Below, one piece after another: positions 1-9,583 of a DNA stretch of 64,000 nucleotides; the first letter of the stretch is position 1; each line of letters begins with the position of its first letter. The position numbers were made by a program, and so were the translations under genes. The notes beneath the pieces were generated by a model. The model was not told where the DNA came from, ran no database searches, and saw nothing but the letters and a program-made list of their open reading frames with translations. The DNA comes from Candidatus Kerfeldbacteria bacterium (lineage in GTDB: Bacteria > Patescibacteriota > Patescibacteriia > SBBC01 > CAIJZX01). Where the stretch lies: the NCBI GenBank assembly GCA_016193315.1, contig JACPSJ010000001.1:663478-727477 (forward strand), given 5' to 3'.

Positions 1-616
1 CTCCAAAGCGACGGGGTGGTGGAAGGGGCTGGCCGCGCTCCTGATCCTGATCGGGACAGTGATCGTTGCCTACCCATTCATCCCGGCTATTCGTTTTGCT
101 CTCCTCAAACCATCGCCGGTTCTCCCCTACACTACCAAGCTGACGGACCGGCCGGCCGGCCAAACGGCCCTGGCGGCATTGCCAAGTCTGCCGGTCGTCA
201 AGAATAAGCCTGTACCGAGCGGCAATCGAATCGTCATCCCCAGCATCGGCGTCGATATGCCGATCCTCGAGGGCCCGACCCAGCGGGTGCTCGACCGCGG
301 TGGTATCTGGCATATCCCCAATACGTCCGATCCGATCCGCGGGGGCAACATGGTGTTATCGGGCCACCGGTGGCAGTACCTGCCACCGAGCAGCACCACC
401 CTCTACCTGCTGGACAAGGTCAAAGATGGCGAACCGATCATTGTTTACTGGCAAGGACAGGAGTATGATTATCGCGTCGCCAGTCGAGACGTCGTCAGCC
501 CGGACCGCGTTGAAATTCTGAATGACACCCCCCAACCAAAACTCACGATTTTTACCTGTACCCCACTCTTCTCAACCAAACAACGATTGGTTCTCTACGG
601 CGAACTCATTTCTTAA
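1..616 (+). CDS. Sortase family transpeptidase; 5' end extends past the window start
   Basis: The reading frame is open from nt 2 with an N-terminal TM-like segment. TLxTC-type catalytic motif LTIFTCTP near the C-terminus, with the conserved His in SGHRW upstream. Confidence 0.75.
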   Translation, partial: SKATGWWKGLAALLILIGTVIVAYPFIPAIRFALLKPSPVLPYTTKLTDRPAGQTALAALPSLPVVKNKPVPSGNRIVIPSIGVDMPILEGPTQRVLDRGGIWHIPNTSDPIRGGNMVLSGHRWQYLPPSSTTLYLLDKVKDGEPIIVYWQGQEYDYRVASRDVVSPDRVEILNDTPQPKLTIFTCTPLFSTKQRLVLYGELIS

Positions 617-626
617 CCACAGCCCT

Positions 627-1664
627 ATGCGCAGACGGTTTTTTTGGCGAATAACTCTTACCACGGCGATCTTGACCGTGGGGATAATGGTTAACTCAGT
701 CCAAGCGATTGAACCCGCCACTTCACTGACGGTCGCACCGACCGAGGCCGCCTTGACCGCCGACGGCAGTCAGGTTTTCACCGCCACCGCCCATCGCGCC
801 GACGGCAGTACCGAAAATGTCACCAGCGGCGCTACCTGGTCGACGAATGATCCGCAGGGCAGCCTGACCGGCTCAACCTATCAGGCTGGTAAAGCCGGGG
901 AGTGGCGCGTGCAGGCAGTCTTTGAGAGCTTGACTGCCCAATCATCGGTCACCGTCAAACCGGGGGCGCTCAAAGAACTCGCCATCAACCCCAACTCTGA
1001 TCCCGAGTTCATTGACCGCGATGCCAAACGCCGCTTTCGGACCCAAGGTTTTGATCAACACGATAACGTCGTGACGGGATTTACCGTAGTCTGGTCTGTC
1101 ATTGGCGACATTGGGGTGATCGATCAAGCTGGTCTTTTCACCGCCCAAAAAGTCGGCACCGGCAAGATTCAGGCTGCCTCAGGACAGGTGGTGGCACAGA
1201 TTGCAGTCGTGGTCAATGAACCTCCGACCGCCAATGCCAACACAAACCAGAATGGTAATGTCAACGCCTCGGCCAATGCCAACATCGCCAAGGCGAATAC
1301 CAATGCCCGCGCAAACGCCAACACGAACCAGGGCCTAACGAACGTCAGCAACACCAACGCTGCGACCGGCAGCCCGGACACTGACCAGTCGACCCGACAG
1401 TGTAAAACCTTGGCCAATTGGTTGTGGGTTCTCATTCTGATCGTCTTCCTACTCGGCGTAGCCATCCTCTATGCTCTGGTGCCGGTCACCAAGATTTGGC
1501 CAGCCATTGTTGGCTTGGGCGGGGCGATTGTGCTGATCGTCGTCCAACGTAACTACGGCTGTAATCTTCTGTCCTGGTGGGCCTGGGTCATGTCGCTGGG
1601 GACACTCGGCTTGACCGTCTTGGCCCTACGCCAGATGCCGTCGCCGAAACCGCCCTCACCGTAA
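627..1664 (+). CDS. Secreted/membrane-anchored protein with bacterial Ig-like (Big_2-like) domains, an Ala/Asn-rich low-complexity linker and C-terminal TM segments
   Basis: Signal/TM peptide MRRRFFWRITLTTAILTVGIMV. Two TVAPTE/TVKPGAL Big_2-like repeats. ANANTN low-complexity tract and C-terminal hydrophobic helices. Start chosen at the Met directly preceding the signal peptide. Confidence 0.6.
   Translation: MRRRFFWRITLTTAILTVGIMVNSVQAIEPATSLTVAPTEAALTADGSQVFTATAHRADGSTENVTSGATWSTNDPQGSLTGSTYQAGKAGEWRVQAVFESLTAQSSVTVKPGALKELAINPNSDPEFIDRDAKRRFRTQGFDQHDNVVTGFTVVWSVIGDIGVIDQAGLFTAQKVGTGKIQAASGQVVAQIAVVVNEPPTANANTNQNGNVNASANANIAKANTNARANANTNQGLTNVSNTNAATGSPDTDQSTRQCKTLANWLWVLILIVFLLGVAILYALVPVTKIWPAIVGLGGAIVLIVVQRNYGCNLLSWWAWVMSLGTLGLTVLALRQMPSPKPPSP
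1210..1345 (+). repeat. Imperfect tandem GCCAAY/GCSAAC hexanucleotide repeat inside the Big_2 protein gene (encodes ANANTN...)
   Basis: Directly visible: gccaatgccaacacaaaccagaatggtaatgtcaacgcctcggccaatgccaacatcgccaaggcgaataccaatgcccgcgcaaacgccaacacgaac. Confidence 0.6.
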
Positions 1665-1760
1665 GCTGATCTCAATCATCAACCGCGCACCACGGCTACC
1701 AGACCGATGGCGGTGCTAAGATAACCGCGGACCCCGCCTGAAGCGGGGGTCGCGGTGTCG

Positions 1761-2582
1761 TTAGGAATTGGCCAACCAGATGAGAATAGCCACGCCGGCC
1801 ACAATCCGATACCAAGCAAACGGAGCGTACGAGCGCTGGCTGACGTAGCGCAGCAGGAACCGAATGGTCAGATAACCGACGACCGCTGCTGATAGCGCGC
1901 CGAGGATAAATGGGACGACGGCCACTGATGGGAGGGGGCCGGTCCAAAGATCATAGATCTTCTTTATCCCGGCGCCGGCGATGATTGGCATGGCCAAGAG
2001 GAAAGACAGGCGGGCGGCCGCCGCGCGGTCGAGACCGAGGAGTCGGCCGACTACGATGGTCGCTCCAGAGCGAGACACTCCCGGCAACAGGGCGATCGCC
2101 TGGCCAAAACCAACCAAGAGCCCATGCATCCAGGGCAGTTCTTGAAGACCTCGCCAGACCCGAGCTTTGGCGTCAGTCCAAGCCAAGATAATACCGCCGA
2201 CGACCAGTGCTCCGGCCACCACCGACGGCGAGCGGAGGTTGGCGTCAATGGCTTGTTCCCCGAGCACGCCGGCCACCGCCGCCGGGATCGAGCCGATGAC
2301 CAGCAACCAGGCCAGGCGTTGGTTGTCATCGGGTTGGCTTTTCGTCCGCCTAAACGACCGAACCCAAGCGATAACCAGGCGGCGGATGTCGGCCCAGAAG
2401 AATGCCACCAAGGCCAGCAGCGTCCCAAGGTGGAGAGCGACATCGAAGACCAGATCATCACCGACCGAAAAATCTGTTATACTGTGGAGCAGGATCAAAT
2501 GGCCTGAACTCGAGATGGGGAGAAACTCGGTCAGACCCTGGACACCGCCAAAGACTATCGCCAGGAGTAAATCGTTCACCAA
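1761..2582 (-). CDS. uppP: Undecaprenyl-diphosphatase UppP/BacA
   Basis: N-terminus GLTEFLPISSSGHLIL and the overall 273-aa polytopic membrane profile are typical of UppP. Confidence 0.9.
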   Translation of the reverse strand: MVNDLLLAIVFGGVQGLTEFLPISSSGHLILLHSITDFSVGDDLVFDVALHLGTLLALVAFFWADIRRLVIAWVRSFRRTKSQPDDNQRLAWLLVIGSIPAAVAGVLGEQAIDANLRSPSVVAGALVVGGIILAWTDAKARVWRGLQELPWMHGLLVGFGQAIALLPGVSRSGATIVVGRLLGLDRAAAARLSFLLAMPIIAGAGIKKIYDLWTGPLPSVAVVPFILGALSAAVVGYLTIRFLLRYVSQRSYAPFAWYRIVAGVAILIWLANS

Positions 2583-3028
2583 TGCTGCCTCACCTCGTCC
2601 TCATCCCCTTGGTAGCCGGGATCGGGACGCAAGTCATCAAATTTATCATACAGATTGTGCGCGGGGAATTTGCCTGGTCGCGGCTGCAGGAGTACGGCGG
2701 CATGCCGTCGGCCCATACTGCTTTCGTGGTCTCCCTGGCCGTGACGGTCGGTCTGCACCTTGGCTGGGACTCGGCCGAGTTTGCTATCTCGCTTATTTTC
2801 GCCTTGCTTATTATCCGCGATGCGATCGGTCTCCGTCAATTCCTTAGCCAGCACGGTAAGATCCTGAATATGCTGATCAAGGATCTCCCGGACGATGTCG
2901 AAAGAAAATATCCGCACCATCTAGAGGAACGATTTGGCCACACCCCGCTCCAGGCGTTGGTGGGCGGGTTGATCGGGCTGGTCGTAGCGCTCTGGCTACA
3001 CGACGTTGTCCCTGACTGGTGGCCATAG
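2582..3028 (+). CDS. Divergent PAP2 (DUF212, acid phosphatase/vanadium haloperoxidase-related) membrane protein
   Basis: 149-aa protein with GGMPSAHTAFVVSLA motif typical of PF02681. Start codon at 2582-2584 shares nt 2582 with the uppP start codon on the opposite strand. Confidence 0.7.
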   Translation: MLPHLVLIPLVAGIGTQVIKFIIQIVRGEFAWSRLQEYGGMPSAHTAFVVSLAVTVGLHLGWDSAEFAISLIFALLIIRDAIGLRQFLSQHGKILNMLIKDLPDDVERKYPHHLEERFGHTPLQALVGGLIGLVVALWLHDVVPDWWP

Positions 3029-3895
3029 CTAGTCTTGGCAGTTCGGGCAATAATGCGTCCCCCGCCCGGCCAGGGTCGTTTTGATGATCGCCCCCCCACA
3101 CCGCCGGCAAGGCTGTCCGCCCCGGCCGTAGACCCGCAAGAATGGCCTCATCCCGCCCCGACCGCCATCGGTTCGGCGGTAGACGTAGGCACTCGTTCCT
3201 CGGTGTTTGATGGCCAAGGCCATGACATGCCGCAGGCCGCGGTAGAGGGCCCGCCGTTCACGGCGCGTCAGCGAGGCGATTCGCCGCTGAGGTCGCACCC
3301 GGGCGAAGTGGCAGGCTTCATCGGCGTAAATATTACCGACCCCGGCCACGACCGTTTGATCCATCAGCGTCGGTTTCAAGCGTTTTCGCCGATGGTGCCG
3401 CAGGAGATCTAGAAAAAGTTCGACGGTGAAATCATCAGCCAGCGGTTCCGGCCCATACTCCTGCTCTTCGAGCCACTGTTCGAGTTCCGATGTTTTGACC
3501 AGCTTCAGGTGGCCGAACTGGCGCTGGTCATTAAAAAACAATGTTCCGGTTGAGGCACCAATGATGACGTGGCTGTATTTATTCGGCCAGCCGGTCGTCC
3601 CCTGGGGGATCGGATGCCCACCGACCCGCAGCCGGCCGCGTCGCGGCCGCCAGATCAGCTGACCGGACATCTTGAGATGGATGACCAGCGTCCACCCCGA
3701 AGACAAGTCGATCAGCACCAACTTGGCCCGACGATGAACGTGTCGGATGGTTGAGCCGAGCACGGCTCGTCTCAGGCGAGGGACCGGTAGCTTAACAATT
3801 TTCGGTAAAGACACAGCCACGCTTCGAACCCGAGCTCCCGGTACGACCGCTTGAAGCTCGCGGACGATGGTCTCCACCTCCGGTAGCTCTGGCAT
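3029..3895 (-). CDS. mutM: Formamidopyrimidine-DNA glycosylase / endonuclease VIII family (Fpg/Nei)
   Basis: N-terminal MPELPEVE (catalytic Pro2/Glu), H2TH region, and C-terminal zinc finger CRRCGGAIIKTTLAGRGTHYCPNCQ. Confidence 0.9.
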   Translation of the reverse strand: MPELPEVETIVRELQAVVPGARVRSVAVSLPKIVKLPVPRLRRAVLGSTIRHVHRRAKLVLIDLSSGWTLVIHLKMSGQLIWRPRRGRLRVGGHPIPQGTTGWPNKYSHVIIGASTGTLFFNDQRQFGHLKLVKTSELEQWLEEQEYGPEPLADDFTVELFLDLLRHHRRKRLKPTLMDQTVVAGVGNIYADEACHFARVRPQRRIASLTRRERRALYRGLRHVMALAIKHRGTSAYVYRRTDGGRGGMRPFLRVYGRGGQPCRRCGGAIIKTTLAGRGTHYCPNCQD

Positions 3896-3900
3896 CTGCT

Positions 3901-4218
3901 CTACGAGAACAGACTGGCGTCGATCGGTTCCCAGCGGTCCCCCACCCGCTTGAACACTTTCAGCGTAGCGGTTTCCTCGTCTGGGCTGTACTCATATTGG
4001 ACTTTTGATCCGCTGCCGACCCGATGTCCGCCGATGGCTCGTTTGCCGACTATCCTCGGGTGAACCTGAAGCTCGCACCGGACATGCCCGAGCGGCCCCT
4101 GAAACTCAATAAATTCCCTCGTCCCGGGACGATCGTCGAATGATTCACGGCCCTCGGCCACGACCGTGAACTTATCCTTGACCAGGCCCACGAAATCCTG
4201 CCACCGTTCGCGAGTCAT
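3901..4218 (-). CDS. Hypothetical protein (105 aa)
   Basis: ORF tightly packed between mutM and the DedA-like gene. No recognisable motif. Confidence 0.4.
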   Translation of the reverse strand: MTRERWQDFVGLVKDKFTVVAEGRESFDDRPGTREFIEFQGPLGHVRCELQVHPRIVGKRAIGGHRVGSGSKVQYEYSPDEETATLKVFKRVGDRWEPIDASLFS

Positions 4219-4294
4219 CCCGTTAGAGTATTAGCGAGTCGAAGTTCTTTGCTCGTCAAAGGCATGCGGCCCAATAAAGTTCGCTCGAACGGGG

Positions 4295-5056
4295 TCATGG
4301 CGTCATTTCCGGTCTGGTGGCCGACGTCATCTTGCCATTGAGCAAACGGTGCATCATCACCGTCCAGTCGACTTTCACGATCGCGTACATCACCAGGATC
4401 ACTGCCACGAGGCTGCCCAGCTGACTGAACAAAGCCAACGGCGAGGTGGGTGGCTGTCCGCTGAGCACCGGTTCCAAGGTGCTACCAAAGAATGCCACCG
4501 CCAACCCAGCAATCATTTTCCCCAACCAAGCCGGCCAGAGCAACTTCCAGACCGGGAAACGAAGCATACCCAGAGGAATGAACAACACGTCGTCAGGCAG
4601 CGGCAGGCTGGAAAAAAGGAACAACAGCCACATGACTGAGGTTGGTCGGCCGCGAACGATCCGATCCAGCGCATCGTAAGCCTCCGGTTTGGCTCGCTGA
4701 AACCGGTGTGACCCCCACCGACCAATGAGGTAGCCGGAGAATTCGCCGAGCACCGCCCCGGTCCCCGTCAGAACGCCCAGCCAGATCGGATCAAGCCCGG
4801 TGGTGGCCAGGAAGAAGATGGCCACCGTGTACGGAAAAACGATGATGATCGTTAAGTTCCCGACCAGGGCCGCCATGAAGGCGCCAAAATATCCGTACTG
4901 GATGGCCCACGCCGTCCAGGCATCAGTCACCCGCGTATACCAGTCGGCCACGGCCGGAATACGGTAGATGCCGATGACCAAAACGATGAGGCTAGCGAGG
5001 ATCAGGAGCGTGACACGCTCGGCCCGGCCGAAACGGAATGGTTTAAAGTGAATCAT
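4295..5056 (-). CDS. DedA/VTT-domain (SNARE-associated-like) integral membrane protein
   Basis: Polytopic membrane profile. Re-entrant-loop-like G/P-rich segments (TTGLDP, PLPDDVLFIPLG) resemble the DedA family. Confidence 0.5.
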   Translation of the reverse strand: MIHFKPFRFGRAERVTLLILASLIVLVIGIYRIPAVADWYTRVTDAWTAWAIQYGYFGAFMAALVGNLTIIIVFPYTVAIFFLATTGLDPIWLGVLTGTGAVLGEFSGYLIGRWGSHRFQRAKPEAYDALDRIVRGRPTSVMWLLFLFSSLPLPDDVLFIPLGMLRFPVWKLLWPAWLGKMIAGLAVAFFGSTLEPVLSGQPPTSPLALFSQLGSLVAVILVMYAIVKVDWTVMMHRLLNGKMTSATRPEMTP

Positions 5057-5209
5057 GTGCCGTAGCGGTCTGTATTCCTGACTCCCGCGATAGCGGGAGG
5101 AAGGGTCTCAGGCACCGAAAAGGCTGGTGTGGTTCCAGAGATCTTTCGCTACACTCCGTTCCGCTCAGGAATACGGGTTTGCTTGGATTCTGAGAGAAGG
5201 TGATAAAAA

Positions 5210-6514
5210 TCAATGTTTCAAAAAAGGATTAGCTTTGGGGTCATAATACTTCCGACCCTCAAGTTTTTTCGGCAAGTAGTCCTGCTTCCCTTCCTGGCCC
5301 GGGTAATTGTGGGGGTACTTATAGCCCTGGTGATAGCCCAACTCCTTCATCAGCTTGGTCGGCGCGTTGCGGAGATGGAGCGGTACCGGTTCGTTGAGAG
5401 TCTTCTTGACTTCTGTCAGGGCCTGGCCATAGGCCACATACGTCTCGTTCGACTTTGGACAGGTCGCTAAATAGACGGTGACGTGGGCCAAATTGATAGC
5501 ACACTCTGGCAAACCGACCAGGTCGCAAGCCTGCATGCAGGCGACCGCCAGCGGCAAAGCGTGGACATCGGCCATGGACACATCTTCCGAAGCGAAAATG
5601 ACCATCCGCCGGGCGAGAAAGAGCGGGTCTTCCCCGGCGGCGAGCATCCGGCCCAGCCAATACACGGCGGCGTCTGGGTCCGACCCGCGCATCGACTTGA
5701 TGTATGCCGAAATGACGTTGTAATGCTCCTCGCCTTTCTTATCGTACAGCAAATGCGGTTTTTGGTATGCCTCGGCCACTGTTTTCAGAGTCACGGCCTT
5801 CTCCCCTTTAGCCGCCGGCGTGGCCTTGACGGCAATCTCCAGCGTGTTGAGCGCCGCTCGCGCGTCGCCGTTGGCGGCGGTGGTCAACAGTTCCCGCGCC
5901 GCTGGCTCCACACTCACTGCTTCCTGGCCGTATCCTCGTTCCGGATCAGTCAAGGCACCCGAGATAATCGCCTCGAGGTGTTCCGGCTGCAAACGCTCGA
6001 GGACAAAAACTTTGGTTCGCGAAAGGAGCGGACTGATGACCTCAAAACTAGGATTTTCGGTGGTGGCCCCGATCAGCGTGACGATACCGTTTTCGACGTA
6101 CGGCAATAATGCGTCCTGCTGGGCTTTATTCCAGCGGTGGATTTCGTCGGCGAAGATAATCGTCCGTTGACGATGGAGCTTCCGCCGCTCGGCCGCCTCC
6201 TTGACGGCCGTCAGTAAATCATCCTTGCTGCTCAAGACCCCGGACAAGGCGACGAAGTACGATTTCGTCTGATCGGCAATAATCCGGGCCAGGGTTGTCT
6301 TGCCGCTGCCTGGCGGGCCCCAGAAGATAATCGAAAACAACTCATCGTTGTCGATCGCTTGCCGTAGGATCGTGCCGGCACCGACCACCGTTTCCTGACC
6401 GACGAATTCGTTCAGCCGCCGCGGTCGCATCCGGTCGGCTAACGGCGCCCCGGTCGCGATCTCCGCCGCCAACCGGGCCGAAAACAAGTCCGCCATAGAC
6501 TGGTAGTATACCAT
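5210..6514 (-). CDS. rarA: Replication-associated recombination protein A (AAA+ ATPase RarA/MgsA)
   Basis: Walker A FWGPPGSGKTTLARIIA, Walker B IIFADEIHR, and C-terminal MgsA helical/tetramerisation region. Confidence 0.9.
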   Translation of the reverse strand: MVYYQSMADLFSARLAAEIATGAPLADRMRPRRLNEFVGQETVVGAGTILRQAIDNDELFSIIFWGPPGSGKTTLARIIADQTKSYFVALSGVLSSKDDLLTAVKEAAERRKLHRQRTIIFADEIHRWNKAQQDALLPYVENGIVTLIGATTENPSFEVISPLLSRTKVFVLERLQPEHLEAIISGALTDPERGYGQEAVSVEPAARELLTTAANGDARAALNTLEIAVKATPAAKGEKAVTLKTVAEAYQKPHLLYDKKGEEHYNVISAYIKSMRGSDPDAAVYWLGRMLAAGEDPLFLARRMVIFASEDVSMADVHALPLAVACMQACDLVGLPECAINLAHVTVYLATCPKSNETYVAYGQALTEVKKTLNEPVPLHLRNAPTKLMKELGYHQGYKYPHNYPGQEGKQDYLPKKLEGRKYYDPKANPFLKH

Positions 6515-6543
6515 ACCAACAACCGCCGCCTTTTCTGACCGCC

Positions 6544-7059
6544 CTAAGACTTCAACCCCAGCGCCGCCGGCAAGTCCAGAATTGACGGGATGAGCAAATC
6601 CGGTTTCGCCCGTTCGAGTTCCTGACGGCGGTCAAATCCGGTCAGGACTGCGCCGGCTTGGAGACCAGCTCGACGACCGGCCTCAATGTCGCTAGCCAAA
6701 TCGCCAACGTACATGGCCGCCGCCGGATCGAGACCAAGTTCGATCACGGCCTGGCGGAGTGCTTGCGGTTTGTCGTAGGCTTCGCCGCTGACCACATCGA
6801 AGTGGTCACGCAGTCCCCCCTCGGTGAGCACGGCTTCCAGGCTATCGGTGCTAATGTTGCTGACTACGCCCAAACGACAACCGGCCTGCCGGAGGCGGCG
6901 GCACGCTTCGTTCAATTCGTTCGGCGCCTGAGCGATGACCGGGCTGAGCGTGCCGCTCCAATCAAACAGTACCGCCCGGAGACTGAACCAGCGGTTAGTG
7001 CCCGAAGCGCCGCTGGCGAAGGGCGAATTCCCGGAGGGCGTCGTCGAGATCATGCTCAC
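6544..7059 (-). CDS. HAD-superfamily hydrolase (phosphatase-like)
   Basis: Motif I LFDWSGTL and motif III/IV YVGDLASDIEAGRRAG. The annotated ATG start overlaps the uppS 3' end by ~65 nt; the true start may be downstream. Confidence 0.65.
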   Translation of the reverse strand: MSMISTTPSGNSPFASGASGTNRWFSLRAVLFDWSGTLSPVIAQAPNELNEACRRLRQAGCRLGVVSNISTDSLEAVLTEGGLRDHFDVVSGEAYDKPQALRQAVIELGLDPAAAMYVGDLASDIEAGRRAGLQAGAVLTGFDRRQELERAKPDLLIPSILDLPAALGLKS

Positions 7060-7687
7060 TGAACTCCGGCCAATGCTTCTTGGTGAAGTAGAGTTCGCTG
7101 TACACTCCTTGCCAAGCCAAGAAGTTGCTCAGCCGCTGCTCGCCAGAGGTGCGAATGATCAGGTCAGGATCCGGCTGATGGGCCGTGTAGAGCCGCTCGC
7201 TGATCGAGGCCTCGGTGATCTTTGACGCGTCGCGGGCTTCTTTCATCAGTTTCTTGACCGCGTCGACGATCTCCGTTCGACCGCCGTAGTTGATGGCCAG
7301 CTGGAGCGTGCCGCGGGTGTTGTCCTTCGTCTTTTCGACCGCCGCTTGGACGCGCTTCTGGAGCCGCTTCGGTAGACCGGTAATCCGACCGATAACGGCA
7401 ATGCGGACGTTCTTCCGGTGGAGATCGTCAAGGTCTTTGGACAGGCCTATTTCGAGCAGACGCATCAAGTATCCGACTTCGCGTTTCGATCGGGCCCAGT
7501 TCTCCGTCGAAAAAGCAAAAACCGTCAGGACTTCAATCCCGCGGTCAAGGCACCAATCGCCGGCCTTCTTCAAAACCGTATACCCCCGGCGGTGGCCTTC
7601 GAGCGGCGGCAAGCCGTGCCGTTTGGCCCAGCGCCGGTTGCCGTCCATAATGATGCCGAGATGCTTTACGCCGTGATTCAATACCAT
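6995..7687 (-). CDS. uppS: Undecaprenyl diphosphate synthase (isoprenyl transferase)
   Basis: HLGIIMDGNRRWAKRHGL motif and C-terminal ...RQRRFGH. Start set at the Met (MVLNHGVKHLGII) rather than the longer upstream ORF. Confidence 0.85.
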   Translation of the reverse strand: MVLNHGVKHLGIIMDGNRRWAKRHGLPPLEGHRRGYTVLKKAGDWCLDRGIEVLTVFAFSTENWARSKREVGYLMRLLEIGLSKDLDDLHRKNVRIAVIGRITGLPKRLQKRVQAAVEKTKDNTRGTLQLAINYGGRTEIVDAVKKLMKEARDASKITEASISERLYTAHQPDPDLIIRTSGEQRLSNFLAWQGVYSELYFTKKHWPEFSEHDLDDALREFALRQRRFGH

Positions 7688-7959
7688 AGCGACAAAACGC
7701 GTAAGGAGTAGTATGTCACGGGCGCAGATAAAGAGCAAGGGCGGCTGGGCTATTGACTTTGCGAAGCCGACTAGTTGCACCTGGTCGAATTTACTGAACG
7801 CCACGCGAACCTATTTTTCCGGCGAAGCCGGATCCGGCTCTGCCGGAGAGGGCGAAATTTAGCCTGCGGGCGGGCGGAAGGGGGTTCAAGGGGGCCGCCG
7901 CACCACTTCGGGTGCGGGGTAAAAATTCCGCCCGCCCGTCGTCGCCTTTTCCGATTTTT

Positions 7960-8826
7960 TTAGGACTCTTTTCCAACCGCCTTTGGGTTTCGTATCTCGC
8001 TCCGCGAGATGCGCCGCTTTTCAAAGATAAGCGCTTGCCCCGCCCGCCAATTCATCCCGGTCTGAACGAGGACCGCGATGACGTCTGCCGACAAGAGCGA
8101 GAGCAAAAACACGTCGATGGGCACGGGCAGAAGTTTTCGGCCGACGCTCACCGTGATCACGATCCCGGCCACCAAGGCCCCGAACACGTATTTCCAAGCG
8201 CGGTTGGCTGGCGAAGTGACCGGTTCCGGCAACATGACGAGCGCAAACAGCAGCACCGTGCCGTCAACCAGTTGTCGCAGAACGGGGCCGATCTCGCCGA
8301 CGACCAATCCAATCCAGCTCGTGTACACGATCAGAAAGGTGGTCGGCAGCCAGAGCCGGCGCAGTCGCCGGAGGACCGGCACCATGCCGATCAACAGGAT
8401 GGCGCTCGGAATCCACGACCACGACACCGCCCACCACGCGACGGGCAACCCGAACAACACGCTGGCCAGCACGATCCCGAAGGCGGCCGGGTTGAACCAG
8501 TGCCTCCGAATCGGCCAGAGCAGGAACTTCGACCCGCCGCCGATCACCGCCGCCGCCAGGATCGGCCAGACCGATCCCCAGGGCGAGAGGTTCAGTCCGA
8601 CGAGCAACGAGGTGACGAGTGCTGACGCCGGGAACTGCGGCCGCCCCCGCCATCGGAAATATGCAGCCGCGCCGATCGTCCCCACGGCAATGGTCGCTAG
8701 GGGGACGAAAAAAGTTCGCGGATCACGAAAGTGCGCGATAGCGGCAACCCAGACCGCGACGAGCACGAGCGTCACTTGATGACGAACGTCGCGACGGAAC
8801 CAGGCTAAGAGGAAGGATGTGTGCAT
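7960..8826 (-). CDS. Polytopic integral membrane protein, possibly RnfD/NqrB-like
   Basis: ~8 predicted TM helices. Segment FPASALVTSLLVGL resembles the RnfD/NqrB signature. Family assignment is tentative. Confidence 0.4.
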   Translation of the reverse strand: MHTSFLLAWFRRDVRHQVTLVLVAVWVAAIAHFRDPRTFFVPLATIAVGTIGAAAYFRWRGRPQFPASALVTSLLVGLNLSPWGSVWPILAAAVIGGGSKFLLWPIRRHWFNPAAFGIVLASVLFGLPVAWWAVSWSWIPSAILLIGMVPVLRRLRRLWLPTTFLIVYTSWIGLVVGEIGPVLRQLVDGTVLLFALVMLPEPVTSPANRAWKYVFGALVAGIVITVSVGRKLLPVPIDVFLLSLLSADVIAVLVQTGMNWRAGQALIFEKRRISRSEIRNPKAVGKES

Positions 8827-8910
8827 GTTTTAAATGGTCGTCCTTGGTGGACGACGCTCGAACTATGATACTCGAAACGGGGGTTGATGTCTCGTGGTTC
8901 GCGCGTGCCC

Positions 8911-9462
8911 TTAGGCTGACTGATCACCCACAGGAGTTAGAGGAGGTTGAGGCATGGGCGGTCTAGCACTTTCTATTTTTGAAAGTGCTTCCTCGAGACT
9001 CTGCGTTGTTTCTTGAAAGTTCGTGGTAATGGCAGTAACGTCCTTTTTCGAAAAGGTATGCAACCGTTGATCTACTAGGTCGATAAACTGCACTGGTGTG
9101 GCATCTGAAACATTCTCGTTTAACGACATCTCTCCAGGAGGAGCTATAATCGCGTGTTTTGCAATCCGGAAATAGCCGTTGACTTTCCGTAAGCCAACCA
9201 CAATAGCGTCTATTGGAATATCTGGTGGCAGTTTCTCTTTGTTCCTTTCCAGCAACTCAACCTTTTTACCAAGCATTGTTATTTTCCTTCGGGGTGCTAA
9301 CCCAATCCTCTTGAGAATTTCATCTACGAGTAATTCGCAGGTGTTCGACTGGACGATAATATTTCCGATGAAAGGGTATATCTTTTCATATATATAGCGG
9401 TCGAGACCACTTGGCCCTTCGCCAACTTTCTTGATGTAAAACCATTCCTGTGGTTGATGCAT
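8911..9462 (-). CDS. Hypothetical protein in a low-GC islet
   Basis: 183-aa ORF whose AT content is visibly higher than the flanks. No known motif. Confidence 0.45.
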   Translation of the reverse strand: MHQPQEWFYIKKVGEGPSGLDRYIYEKIYPFIGNIIVQSNTCELLVDEILKRIGLAPRRKITMLGKKVELLERNKEKLPPDIPIDAIVVGLRKVNGYFRIAKHAIIAPPGEMSLNENVSDATPVQFIDLVDQRLHTFSKKDVTAITTNFQETTQSLEEALSKIESARPPMPQPPLTPVGDQSA

Positions 9463-9583
9463 TGGAGTTTATGCGATGAGATTCCAGGTCGAGTCTCGCT
9501 ACATCTCCTCGATTGACTGGCGAATAGTCTAACATTAGTAAACATTTGTCTCAATCTTGTCTGAACTCAGCTCCGATCAATGT

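Noticed and set aside
8078-8779. 233-aa plus-strand ORF and several other long plus-strand ORFs (e.g. 2167-2847, 5483-6109, 12558-12944, 15203-16267 minus) in GC-rich genes.
   Set aside because: They are antisense or alternate-frame shadows of well-supported genes (membrane protein, uppP, rarA, tkt, HhH-GPD gene). High GC suppresses stop codons, producing long spurious ORFs.
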